Below are positions 39,801 through 52,569 of a stretch of 64,000 nucleotides of DNA, piece after piece. Within the stretch, counting starts at the first letter, position 1; each line of letters begins with the position of its first letter. The translations under genes and the position numbers were made by a program. Source of the DNA: Tubulanus polymorphus (Eukaryota; Animalia; Nemertea); contig NC_134030.1 in NCBI RefSeq assembly GCF_964204645.1, forward strand, positions 8,955,222 to 9,019,221. Direction: 5' to 3'. The notes beneath the pieces were generated by a model. The model was not told the DNA's origin. It searched no databases and saw only the letters and a program-made list of their open reading frames with translations.

Positions 39801-42800
39801 TGTATTGATATATCATCGATGACGACGGGAATATTGCCTCGGTTGCAGCAGCGCCGAATACCGCGGCGTAAATGATAGGATCGTCTATAAATCTCGTGCT
39901 TTATTCGTTTGACTACGGAATTAGAGAGAAATTCAATACGGACAGATATGGCGCATCTGTTGTGGTAGATGTGGAATTGGTTCAACGGTTCTTGGTTGTT
40001 GATTAAACATGGGTTTTCAAAAATCTTGGGAAGTTTTGGAGACCGGGAATTGATTTTCAAGGCCCTGAAAAATCTATGGAAATTTAGTTTTGCTCTCTTA
40101 TTCTCTTTTTTTCTCTAATTCATAATCTGGATGTGGAAAAGGTATGGAAAAAATATGCGAAAATGAAATTGGGAAACCCTATAAGAATGCTGTGGAAATG
40201 AACTGCTTGCAACTCTGCATAGTCAAATTCAACCTAGAACTATTGAACCGAGATTCTCGATCAGGATTTGTTAGGAAAGAGTTCTGAAACCCTTAAGATA
40301 TTGTATTCGTATTCGTTTTTATTTTTAATGTGATCAGTTTTGCACTTCATTTGACAAATAGTTGAAAAAAAACTAAACATGCAGGTAAATTTGTTGAGTT
40401 TGCTAGATCGCGTGTAAAATCAAACAATTTCCATCTCTACCTTACGTATTTGCCTGTGTTAATTGATTAGATTCCGAGCAAGTCGACGTACATGTCAGAT
40501 TGAAACACAATCACAATCGTACATGTCATTGAAAAAGCAAGTCAAATTCATTTGGCCACCCTGGTTAATCTGATTGCGTTTTCAACGAGAAAAGAATTTA
40601 TTTTTCTAGTATAATGATTTATTAGTCGGCGGTTAGGTTCTCTTTATTCGAACAGCATGTATATTCGCAGTTTTGATCTTGAAATAGGGATTGTCCCTGT
40701 TATTTATTTGGTTGGTAAATTTTGTTTGATTTTCTGATTGAGTGTCCCTTACAGACCCACCACACGTGCCGGGAGCAAAACAGGGGGTTTGATTTTGAAA
40801 TCGGAAATCGAAGTACACATATAGTTGTGTGATCGGCGGTCGAGTTTGCATATTTTTTTGTTTAAATCGAAGTACATGATTGGGAAATTCGCAGTTTTAA
40901 GGGCTACGTTTGCCTGGCAATCCCCGAAATCTGCTGCAAAAGAGTGCAAGTATAGCATATTTCATATCTCTCTCTTTCTATGTAGTCGTAGTATCCGATC
41001 GCGCGCCGGGGAGAAGATTAATATTTTCATAAAAGAATTCACGGACGGACGATAAATCAGTATACAAAAGTACTACTCGGAAGACTCATTCTGCGCGCGC
41101 CGATAAAAGCGCTAAGTGATAAAATTGCCCTAGCAGTTATGATAATTGTATATATAAAGTAACGTTATACTTTACTTAACTTCTAACTAAAGCTTTAGTG
41201 GTTCGTAATACGATGGTTAGTTTTTTGATTTATCGTACAGATTAGCGTATCATCACGGTTTTCGTTTTGAATGGTAGCTGCGATGTTTTCTTTGGGAGCT
41301 GTAGACATCTATGAAGTGCCGAATGTAAAACCGATGAAATGGGGTTTTTTTAAAACCATCCTCGAAATGAATGTGGTTGACTAAACCTCGGTCCTGAAAG
41401 TCTCATGAGGTGATTAAAACCTCTCTAGGACTTCTAAAACTAGAGCATAAGCTTGTGGATTTTGAATCGGCCGAAGAACAAGTCAGTTATTGAGCATACT
41501 GCGGTATTATTTGCGATCAATTTCAATTTTATAGTCTCCTTGATATCTGTTTTATAGGCGTCTATGATAAGACGAGCATAATTCGTGATTTATAAGAAAG
41601 ATATCAGCTCTTTTTCTCGTTGTGAGGAAGTAGTTCATTTCAGTCACGTTACTTAGATTTGAAAATGGAAATGCCGTACGTAGGAATACCCGACTGAATG
41701 CTTTGAAAATAATAGCCCATTAAACAGGGATGAATCCAAGGGAGGGCCTAAGCAGGGCCCCTATTTTTTGGCAAGAGGATATTTTCACGACCGCGCTTAA
41801 GAAATTTACACTTACAGTGACAAATTTTTGTGGTCATTTTGTTCTGAAATCACTAAATGCTCAAAAAATGATCTACTTTTAAACTCCCCCCCTAAAGGAC
41901 TTTGCGCCGTCACCCCTCGCATTCAGGTGCCAAGAACGGGAATAGTGATAGTAATAGTAATTTGATTTCATTAGTTCTATCCATTTGATAAAATGTTCAA
42001 CAGCGCTTACCATTATGTTTGTAATATTACCCACAGCCTGTTCTAACCACAGACTCTAACCATTTATTATTCATCTCTCCATGGTGAGAAGTAACATCTG
42101 AGCTGCTGCTGTGCGCTCCAGAGTCATCCTAATAAACAGGGTTTGAACCCACGGCCTGACTTGAATCGAACTCTCTAACTACTCGCTCACACCGCTCGTT
42201 TACAACTAGCCCTTGGATTTTTTGCCCTGTATCCGCAGTTGCTGAAGAAAGCATGATCATGAGTAGAATTTATTCATTCACTAAAAGTGATCTGATCTAT
42301 CGGAGTATTGAAGCTTCAATCACCACCAGTGGTGAGGCCACTAACTACTTTGTTATATACAAACGATCATTATCTTACAATCATTAGTTGAATTTAGTTA
42401 ATCGTGCGTTCGTTAATTAGAAGCTTTCAGTACTCGGGTTGTAGTAGCAGCAGCGAGGTATAGGTATACTGGTAGTTATTTTTACTTCTTTTACTTCGGC
42501 ATGAGTAAAGCAGGTTCAGGTAGAAACAGATATTTCATCGGTGCGGTGCGCTATTTAACATTCGCTGAAGCTTCAATAATTTCCTGCATTTCGTGAAAAA
42601 AAATAAGTCGCCAGCGTGGTTTCATTATATGGATTGTTAGTCGTACATCCGTAGGCACTGTTAATCAATTTCCGGTACTTAGAAGCTCAGGTAATGTTTC
42701 GGGCGATGTCACTTTCTTTGATACTAGTCTTCGAGGAAAGATCGCGTTCTCGTTTGAAGTAGACTCGCGTCGTAAATCGCTGTTGACTGCTGCAGTGCGC

Positions 42801-44626
42801 GAGGGCTCTGAAAAAAAATAAGAAATCGTTGAAACGTTTTGGCTAGTGTTTCTCTGATGGCGCGCACCAACGCAGAAATCTTCATTTCGCATCGAATTTC
42901 CGTGAAATGGAAACCCGGGCGCCGCCGTTTAGCCTGGCTATTATTAGATATTGAAGTAGTGACCCAGCTGAGACATTCCCAGAGACGGCGCTCCAACTGA
43001 CTGCTAATTATTTTCAAAAAATAATTCCTAAATCCTGCGCTGATTGTTTTGAATGGTGTCTCCAAAAATATTCTTACCAATGCGATAGACCTCGAGATCG
43101 CTTTTAATGAACTATTTCATCGTTTTCCTAATTTATTTTCTTTTTGTGGTTTAACTAGTAAAACACCATGTTCGAGTTCCACAGTTGAGAGAGTTAAGAT
43201 CTGACTCAGTGTTTAATCATTGAAAATGAACAGATTTTAACTCAAGAGTTAACTCTTACTCGCAACTGTGGAACTATATCCATGTGTGCCAACCGATTGG
43301 TCTATGCGTACCAATGTATATACTAACCTCGGCCTTTAGAGTTGCCGGGATCCATCGGTCATGTATCTCTGGGTTTCTAGTGGGACGTTTCTATCTGCTG
43401 CTGCCTTGCTGATCGTTCTTACACCTAGAAGAGTTCGCGATGAGAATGACACAGCAACCCCAGTCGTCGCAAGCTCTACTGCTGGTGTAAGACCGATCGC
43501 ATCGCAGATTATTACGTCTATTACGAGTAATAGAAAATACATCTATTCGTTTACATGTGTCTACTCGCTGCAGGCTGATAATAACTGACGACGTTCACAT
43601 TCATCATCGCGAGAGATGCACGGATTTATTGGACAGTGAGTCGTCGTCTTACAGCGCTGATTGTTCTTTCGCCGCTGTCACTCCGTGCGAACAAGTGGTT
43701 ATTCGCTCTTCGCTCTTTAAATAACGATAAGCGTTGCGTGTTAATGGCGATGTCGAGTTGGAACGAGTGAATTTTTTGACATACACGATTTATGATGTAT
43801 GTATTCTTTTCGGATCAGATGTTGTAGTCGATTGCTGTACGAACGAATTGTGTGTAGGATTTTGGGTTCTACGTTCAGAAACGATGTCGGTATGTATAAC
43901 GTTTGAATCCGTCGTCGCCCGGATTTTTTTCGGTTATTAGACAGTTTGTGTATTCGTCGTTCTTTTTCGGTAATTAGACGGTTTGTGTATTCGTCATTCG
44001 TAGGAATAGCTTCTTCCTTTCGATTTGCCGCCCACGTTTTATTTATCACTTTGCGCAATACAAGTGAGATGATTGTCAATATACGGGGGATACACCGTGA
44101 CGAGATGGAAGGAGTGTTTGCTTGACAAGAGAATAGTGAACCCGCGAGAGCAGCGGTGGTAGCGGTGCGTTTATTGGCGCGGTGAACATTTCGAAGTTTA
44201 TTTTTAGGAATATTTCATCTTCGCGCGTCCGGTTTGGAATATTTCACAAAACTGTACAACAACCGTTTTGCTGTAAGGTTCTCATATATCGACTGTCAAC
44301 CGTCGTAATCAGGTTAACCTGTGTCAACGTTACGCGGTCGGGTTCTCGACGTATTTTAAACGAGCTCGACCTTACAGCTCACGTGACCTTGAAATTGGTG
44401 GAAGCATTTCGTATCGGTTGATCGGATTTAAGCGTGAACGCATTCGGCGCATTCGTTTTAACTGCAAAATCGCGGGTGGTAAGGCAGCCCGGTTCGATAA
44501 TCGCCACAACACTTCAGAACCGATCGATTCGCTTCTGACCTTGACACGGATTTGACCTAGTTTTTCGTGAGAGGGTCGTATGAAAAAGTAAAAAGCGCGC
44601 GTGCGCGTTACGATAAAGCGGCGCCG

Positions 44627-44889
44627 ATGTGTGCGATGCTCGGTTGGATTTTGTTGCAGCACTATTTCGGCGACGATGAGGCGCACATACTGAAACGGGA
44701 CGACGATGAAGATGATGAGAACATGAACGACGAGGAGGATACGAGTGACCGTCGATTGATCGATGTTTTCGACGACGTCGATGTCGTCGGGAATATAGTC
44801 GGCGACGACGACGTTTTCTTCGACATCGACGAAATCGAGGGCGCTTTGTCCGATTCGTCGGGCGACGATTTCCGTTCGGCTTCTTCAAG
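44627..44889 (+). CDS. ARHGEF12: RhoGEF alternative first coding exon variant D (87 aa, highly acidic)
   Basis: ATG-initiated ORF MCAMLGWILLQHYFGDDEAH...SDSSGDDFRSASS in a CpG-rich island, ending in an AAG|GTTTGT phase-2 donor. In frame with exon 52320. Confidence 0.5.
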
Positions 44890-47377
44890 GTTTGTATCCA
44901 TCATCTCTGATCGCTAATTCGAAGAAATGCCGCGTGTTTATTGGTTCTCGGGCTTCCGTGAGATCCTTATTGCCATAATGTCTGTCTGGCTTGTGTTTGT
45001 TTATCTGCGTGTCTGTCTTTCAGCTATTTAGCTTCGTTAATAGTGGATCGATCTTGATGAAACTGGGTACAATGTTAGTATGGGGGTCTAGTTGGGTGGT
45101 GCAAAGAATGGGTCCAGTGCACCACCTAGTGGCAGAACTAGGCAGTAAGAACTTTGTTCTTCAGTGACATGACCTTGATGAAGATGACATCATAACTGAC
45201 GAACGGGGTTGAAATTTCAAAAGTTATCTTCATATCCAAAATGCAATGGGAACTAATGCATTGGAATTTCAGAGTTCCAGTTTCTAGCCCGAGCCCGAGA
45301 ACCATTTTCGCCTTTGGCTTGTTATATTCTCAATTTTCTGAGAATGATTTCATTTTCTCGCAGATAGTTAGTTCTCTGTTAAAACAATTTGGATTTACAT
45401 TGGAAATTAAGTTGAAAAATTCCGTCGAACAAAACTTTTCATCATTTTCTTCTTCCTGCTGTAACAATCCATTACCGATTACCCAGTAATGTCTCAACTT
45501 CAACATGGCTGGCTTAGGTCTATCATTAACGACTGGAATTGAATTAACTGTCTCCAACTGGGAAATCATTGAAAGGATCTTCAGGGGCCCTGCGATTGGC
45601 AACTACATCAGCATTCTCCACAATAGGTTTTAGAGGGGTGGCCATCGATTTCTACATCCACCTCTCTGTAAATCAGCTACCCCTACCAAAGTCAGTATTC
45701 TATCAATGCTGATGCTTGCTTTGAAATGTATTGAGATGCGTACAATAGAAGATAATGCCAAAATTTCGCTTGATCTTCCGGCTATGCCATGATTTCAACA
45801 TTTAACAATGAATGACGCTGTACATTTAGAACCAGCTGATTCAAGCAACTAGCAGTGACACATTTGTTTCCAGTTGCGGGGACGTCTACGATTGTCAGGG
45901 ACAAAAACGCTGCTTCGCAGGTCGACCTGCGCCCCGCTCAAGGGTCGGCGGCATAAGTCGGCTTAAACAGCTGTGCGATGTCGCCGCAATTTTAAGCTAA
46001 CTCCCTTTTCTGAAACTGTATTTATTCGAATTGTCGTGTTTGCGTTCGTCCTGTAATGCAGAAGTCGTTATCGTTAATAGCTTGTCAATGGCTTACAGTT
46101 AGACGGTCGTACAGCGTCAGGGGGGAGAGTTCGTGCGATATTTTTCGACTCCACTTCGTCGCTGCGCGATATAATCAGGTGCAGCAACTCTCTCGACCGA
46201 GATGAAATCCGTTTAAGATTGCGTTAATTCCTCGGGTGTCTTACGACGACGTATGCTGCTTACGTTCGGTGTAAATTATCGGAAAGCTTGTTCGAAAAAC
46301 TACTCGCGCCGAAGAGAAAGAATTCGCCACTGGAGTCTTTTCGTTCTAATCATCTACATCATGGAAAACATGATGAACTTATGAGAATGTTTCGGCGTGC
46401 GAACTGTCGGTAGATTTGGGTACAAACTTCTTAAATTCCGATGAGCGAATGAGAGAATTTCCTACTGTTGCTTTAGCCTTATTTCCTCGGCGATGCTCTC
46501 GCCCGCAGGCAGTACATAATACATATCGTTTTTTGTTATGTCTTCTTCTCATCCGAGATATTCGCTATAGTGAATGACTTTACTTAAAACAGAAAACTTT
46601 GTTTATATACACAGAAATTTTGTGCATTGCTGCTTGTTTTGGCATACTGTCTCGTGTTATACTTAGTACATAGTAAGTAAGACCTTTGATGCGTAGAATT
46701 ATGCTTAGTTTTTTGTACGGTCCCTAAAAACGAGCTAGTACCTCTAATGTCGAATACATATCCTGTGCTAGGTTGGTTTGAAGCTATTAGGTCTGATCAG
46801 CGAAATGTAATGTTAGACACCAAAATTGAGGGTCTAGAGTGATTGGAAGCCGAGATATTGGAGATATACGTTTAAGCATGGCAGCCATCTTGAAAATCCA
46901 AAATGGCCGCCAATATGTCGTTTCCGGTCATGGCTCCTATAAAAAATTGAAGCTTGGCCCATCGGAAGCATGTAAAAAAATTTGGCCCTTTTGTCCGGAA
47001 CGTCCACGTTATTCTTAAATAATGGTATGCACCTAAGCTGCCTGGCTAGTGCTCATCGTAGTAAATGCTATTGTTTGGACCATAATGACCGCTGTTATGT
47101 AGAGGCCATTTGGATCATACCGGATTACGCTGCTAAATATTGGGTGTGTTGTTGGATGCTTTCCGTTTTCTCCAAAAGAGAATGCCAAATGCTGGGAAGA
47201 CGATCTGCATCAAAATGCTTTATTTCTACTCATTTTCTACAACACCGGCTACTTAGGCCATATATTAGAAATAGATGAGCGCAATTAGATGCTCCGGACA
47301 TCCCCTGGGCACCATGCACTTTTTAGACCAAAGATTACCATTTTAAGACTAATTTTGTCATCCAGCTGTTTGAAAAG

Positions 47378-47504
47378 CCCTTTCAGTGCTGACTAAATAA
47401 TACCATTTGTTGGAGATTATTTGAAAATTTTGAAAAATTCCACCCAGTGTGTTGAATAGGTATATACACACGGCTTTAGTGTACCAGTAGACACACTGAA
47501 AGGG
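47378..47504. mobile_element. Internally deleted family A MITE
   Basis: CCCTTTCAGTG...CACTGAAAGGG termini. Shares ACCCAGTGTGTTGAATA and AGTAGACACAC with the 3287 copy (the former with one extra C there). Confidence 0.7.
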
Positions 47505-47993
47505 TCAAACACCAGGCTTCAGATTCGAGATCACTTTTTGCAAGTAAGGACTTCACATCTGAGTCCAGGTACGTACTTGGGAATAGATTTTAATTAAACT
47601 GATGAATCTACTGAATCCGACGATTCGTTTCATAGTTCGAAAGTCATATTTCTCAAATCTGAAAGCATTGTTTACACAGCGTCTGGCGATCTGAAATACG
47701 TCGTTGCTCTCTAGAGATTCGTCTGTGGTTTGGTGTCAGATTGATGAATAACCACATTGACGGTCGCAACAACGGTGACATTAAACTTCCTCCTACTCGA
47801 TGTGAATGTCATGGACGTGAATATGTTAGACCGTATACCATCAAAATCTGATAAGAGTTTGAAGCCTTAAAAAGTATATAGAATTTTAGGCAGGGTTCCT
47901 TTATGCAGGTAGTATATCTAACTGTGTCCAGCCACCCCCCCCCCCCCCCGAAACCTTAGATACTTTATCATGTTTACGTTTTCTTAACATCCT

Positions 47994-48121
47994 GGGGCCA
48001 GTTGCTCAAAGGGTGGTTAAAGATAACCGGTGAATAAATACCAAAGTAACAATGGACTTCTAATTGTCACTATGGCAACTATCCACTGGTTAGGTTTAAC
48101 CAACTTTTGAGCAACTGGATC
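47994..48121. mobile_element. Short palindromic MITE
   Basis: CCAGTTGCTCAAA..GGTTAAA / TTTAACC..TTTGAGCAACTGG arms. Similar-style small foldbacks at 43175-43275 and 55982-56088. Confidence 0.65.
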
Positions 48122-49935
48122 CTTACTTCGAACAAAATTAAAGGAATGCTGAAAAATAATCAAATGTCTGGCTGAGGTGCTGGATTTATACTAAGGGTAA
48201 TGAATCCATTGGGATTTTCTACAATGTCTTTGGCATCTAGTTCTGATATATGGCTATGTTTGTCTAGGTTAAAACATAGAGGGTGAAGTGCGTAGAGATG
48301 AAACATTTTGTTGCATGTTGTCTTCCCATGTGGCCACCTACCTCAGTTGTACACTCCGCGGCCCATGTTGAGATGTGGTTTAACCTTGAATCAGAGAGCA
48401 TTCAACCACACAACTACATGCAAACGCATTACAGGTGCTCTTTGAGTTGTTGCCGAGTTCCTCTTACAGTTCAAAGCTCTTCGTATGAAGTAAAAAAAGA
48501 AATCTAGAAAAAAAATCCGATAATCCATGAAACGGAGCATACTCGATTGAATATGAACGAAGCTTCCAAATAAGCTGTATTTGATTATTGATTATAAGTT
48601 GTTGACGATTAGGCCCGGGCCAAATCGGCACGGATCAGGCCCGAAATGTGGTGCGTGCTTTATTAGAGAGTGCATTCACACGCAAACCACTCACTCGACG
48701 TATCGGCCCCACTCCGCGCGGTGGCGCCACCCCGCGAGATTTACGCGAAGCAGCAGAACACAAACACGGCCACTCTCTCAATTTTCAATGATAGAAATCG
48801 TGTGTGCATTTCAATTATTTCGGCTGTTAGGGTTTTAAGGCACAATATAAGTTGATGATGTGATATGGCGATGTTAATTAATGATAATTCCGCAGTGAAG
48901 CTAGTCACGAACGGTGCCGATTGAGTGTATAGCTGCCAAAGACACTGAAATGTGCGTAGTTGCGTAACTATTTGCAGTGAATTGCAGACGAAACATGAAG
49001 CCTTAACAGCCGTTAAAAAAAAAATTATACCAATCGCAATTGTAAAATAAAAATGAGATAGAACCTAAGTTAAAATTCTGGCCATTTCTAAAATGTTATT
49101 AATTATTATTACTAATTTTTAGTCAGTGCGGAACGTTTAGTTTTCCAACAATAATGAGGGGTGGTAGGTAGTCATGCAATTCAAGTCATCGTTTATTACA
49201 CGTTACTACCGTGTTGTTGAAAATCTTGCGAGTCCTGGATCAAACCCCATTGAACAATGTGATCTGTGTGCTGGCCACAAATGCACACAGATCACACTAC
49301 AATACCCATTACACACTCCAGTACCCACAGCTTTCATATATCCATCCAAATATTTAGTGGCTTTCTTCCTGGATACTAAACAATGCTCAAACAAAGCGAA
49401 TCGGGTCATTTCCGGAACCAGATGAAATTTAAATGCAATCATTTGTCCGTGTTGAAATTTGGCCCAGGCTTGGTCCGACGTTTTTGGTCGGGCCAAATTT
49501 GGCACCCGTATGAACAGATGTTCCGGGCCAAATACGCTTGTCTGATTATACACGGCTTAAGTTATCGAGTGCTTTTATTCATGTTTTTAAACCAATGCAC
49601 CGATTTACGCCTTTTATTTCGATTATTTGATGGCAACATATCGGATTAATAATGAAAAATTGTTTGTCTCTTGATTTTTATGTTTCGTCGACTTTGTGTA
49701 AAGATTATATTAAACGGTGGTAAATGCAGAAAGTCTGAGCTGGCACGTACTCAATCATCTGTATCTTGAGTCTGAAAACGTTATCATCGTCGCTGTTTAC
49801 TGAAGGCTTCTGGTTGAAACAGTATTTTTAATAATCGTAGCCATGCAAAAAGTATAGAATCGATCGAATTTTCGCGACGAGAGACGTCACGTTTCTCGGA
49901 ATATTTCTGTCTTTCCGCTAACTAGTGAACTTGCG

Positions 49936-50053
49936 TTCGAAAGGTAATACCGGTATCGACTTACTTTCTGGTTACCTTTCCGACCACTTTTCCCTTCGAA
50001 AGGTAATACGGTATCGACTTACTTTCTGGTTACCTTTCCGACCACTTTCCCTT
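49936..50053. repeat. Tandem duplication, ~59 bp x2
   Basis: TTCGAAAGGTAATAC(C)GGTATCGACTTACTTTCTGGTTACCTTTCCGACCACTTT occurs twice. Confidence 0.9.
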
Positions 50054-50899
50054 TCAAGAGAGTCGATATCGTTTTTCATCACTGACCGCCAGTTTTACGA
50101 TGTTGCTAATACATGCGCATTGTATTCTCCTTGTATTCTCCGGTTCAATCGCTAATACCGTAGAGAGAGGCGCGAGGTCAAATCGTTCCTAATATCGGCC
50201 TTGGTTTCTTCTTCATTCCCTGCAAACGATGAATTATAGTTACTTATACTTAGACATTCCACAGAGTCATAAATAACTTAGTACGGTTAACTCGTAAATT
50301 CTTGTCCGCAGAGCGCGTTTTAGATCGCTGCAATCCATTTTTTGCCGTGACGGTTCGACCTACTCGGAGCGCTGTCCAAACGGGAAGATAAGCGGATTTT
50401 TTTCATGAGGAAATGTCTCGTTTATCAACAAAAATTGTGCACAAGCATACATTATTATATTCAAGAGATTTACCGTCAAAAAACGGTCTGTTTATATCGA
50501 GGTATAAATCATCGGGAGAATGCTGTATTTTGATCGAAGGAGAGGGTGGTTTTTTGGCAGATGGATTCGTATTTGATTGCACAGCTGTAAGGTAAAACAT
50601 CAATCTCAGCCCAGTGAGTGGAGGCGGCCTACAGACATTCTCGCGTACAACAATGGTTCGAATGCTTCCGAGCAACTGTCCCGCAAAATGTGCTTTGTTT
50701 TTGTCTGAAAACTGTTGAGAAAAAATACAGGAAACAACATAAAAGCCTGGCGCAGACGGCTGACTGCCGATGCTGATTGCAGCGCAACTACCAATCAGGA
50801 GGCAATTTATAGACCATGAAGAAACCTGCAAATAATGTTTGCACGTTCATGCAACTAGCATAATATTGGGCGTGTTTGATATTTGTAGTCACATGGAGA

Positions 50900-51620
50900 C
50901 TATTTGGCACGAGCCAAATTGGCACGGATCAAGCCCGGGTCAAATTAGGCCCGTGTCTAATTAGAGAGCCTGTCCATGCACGTGAACCACTCACTCATAC
51001 TAAACAATGCTTAAGGCTGATTTTCACGTAGCTGATTCCTGCCAGCTTTTTCCAGCTACGTGAAAACGCCCCGAGCAACAACAAGCACGAATGTGCATGG
51101 TCACCCGGACAACCGAATTTCAATACCAGTGGCACGCGTTTTTAGGAGCGGTTTCCAGCCGCTGGACAAAAAAAGCTATTGCATGCAATAGCTGGAAATT
51201 GCCGCTGGTAGTCGGAAACCGCTTCAGCAGTTTGGCCGTTTTCATGAGCGTTTTTGGTGGCAGAGCTGGAAACCACTGCGGGAAGCATTTTTAAGAGCGG
51301 TTTCCAGCCAGCAATTTCCAGCTGAAAAATTTTGCAGTAGCTTTTTCCAGCTACCGCGTTTTCCAGCTCGGGGCCAATTTTTCGGTGTTTTCATGAGCGG
51401 TTTCCTGCGGCAGCTGGAAAAAGCTAGCTGGAAACCGCTCGTTAAAACCAGCCTTTAAACAACGCGAAGTGAGTCATTTCCGGAACCAGTAGCAATTCAC
51501 ATGCGATTATTTGACCCTCGCTAAATTTTGACCCGGACCAAACAGGCACGGGCACATTTGGCACCTGTGTGAACAGTTGTTCCGGGCCTAATTCGGCACG
51601 GGCCAAAAATGCTTGTGTGA
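50900..51620. repeat. Dispersed GGCACGGGCCAAA-rich repeat (family D), interrupted by the 51014 MITE
   Basis: Homologous segments at 48611-48696 and 49373-49546, plus a short fragment near 29740-29800. Confidence 0.7.
51014..51454. mobile_element. PIF/Harbinger-type MITE nested in another repeat
   Basis: Imperfect TIR AGGCTGATTTTCACG / CGTTAAAACCAGCCT, TTA target duplication on both sides, many internal TTTCCAGC/GCTGGAAA motifs. An empty site is visible in the homologous repeat at ~49373-49400. Confidence 0.8.
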
Positions 51621-52319
51621 TGTCGGCTATTGTATTGTATGAGATCAGCTGCAGTTGCATGAACCGGCAGATGAGCTGCGATTTTTAAGCAAGAAAATAG
51701 CCCATCTGCACCAGATTTAAAAAATGGACGAAAGAACTATCATTGTACTAGTGAATTTCTGCACAAATATCATGACATTTTAATTCTAGACGTTCTAATC
51801 GTAGTATTAAATTTGCCTGCGTATCTTTGATAAATGAGTAATCGCAACACATGAATTATTAATTGATTTAATGTAAATGTCCCTGACATATAGCCTTAGC
51901 TATCTCCAGTCTCTCTAAACCTAGAAAGTAAGCGTACACAATTTTTCCTTTACACCAGTTATTAGAGTCTTTTCTTCACAATTTACCTTCTGTCTTCATC
52001 CATGCAAACAGGATGTCACTTATTTGGAAATCAGGGAATGTAAAAAGGCTAAAAGTCTGGGAAATTAGATGAGATTGCTAGATCGGGCGTAAAGTCAAAA
52101 AGTTTTTCGTCTATGTCTATGTATTACCTATTTGACTGTGATTGGATTCTTAGTAGATGGGAAAACAACTTGTCAGGGAATAATCAGGGAAAAAGTGACC
52201 GTCTGGATCGGACCGTGACGTGCCTGTGCATTGACCACTATGGATTGGTCCGTGATGTACCTGTGCATTTTTTTCTGCGCCAAATATCTCATTACGTATG
52301 TTACTGTTATCTGTTTCAG

Positions 52320-52414
52320 GTTAGGATCATTGAGTAAAGATACAGATTCAACTTCGCCGAAAAAAGATAAAGATAAAGACGAAAAGCAGTTTGCCGATCT
52401 CAATAATTTACAAG
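52320..52414 (+). CDS. ARHGEF12: RhoGEF constant pre-PDZ exon (R/K)LGSLSKDTDSTSPKKDKDKDEKQFADLNNLQ(G)
   Basis: CTGTTTCAG acceptor and AAG|GTAAAA donor, 95 nt, phase 2-1. In frame with the PDZ exon at 54262. The start resembles the RLSSLSS segment of the ARHGEF11 N-terminus. Confidence 0.8.
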
Positions 52415-52569
52415 GTAAAAAGAATCGATTTTGGACTCTGTTTTAAGTTATGGTTCATATCCGGTATATAATGGGATAGTGCCCTGCTCGAAATTACATT
52501 ATGAAAAATGAGTAATTTGGCCATGCACAGTTTTCTAACCAATATACAATCCCTCGGTGGAGCCACCGT

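Noticed and set aside
44514-44904. Arg-rich and Ser-rich minus-strand ORFs
   Set aside because: Shadow frames of the GAC/GAT-rich plus-strand ORF.
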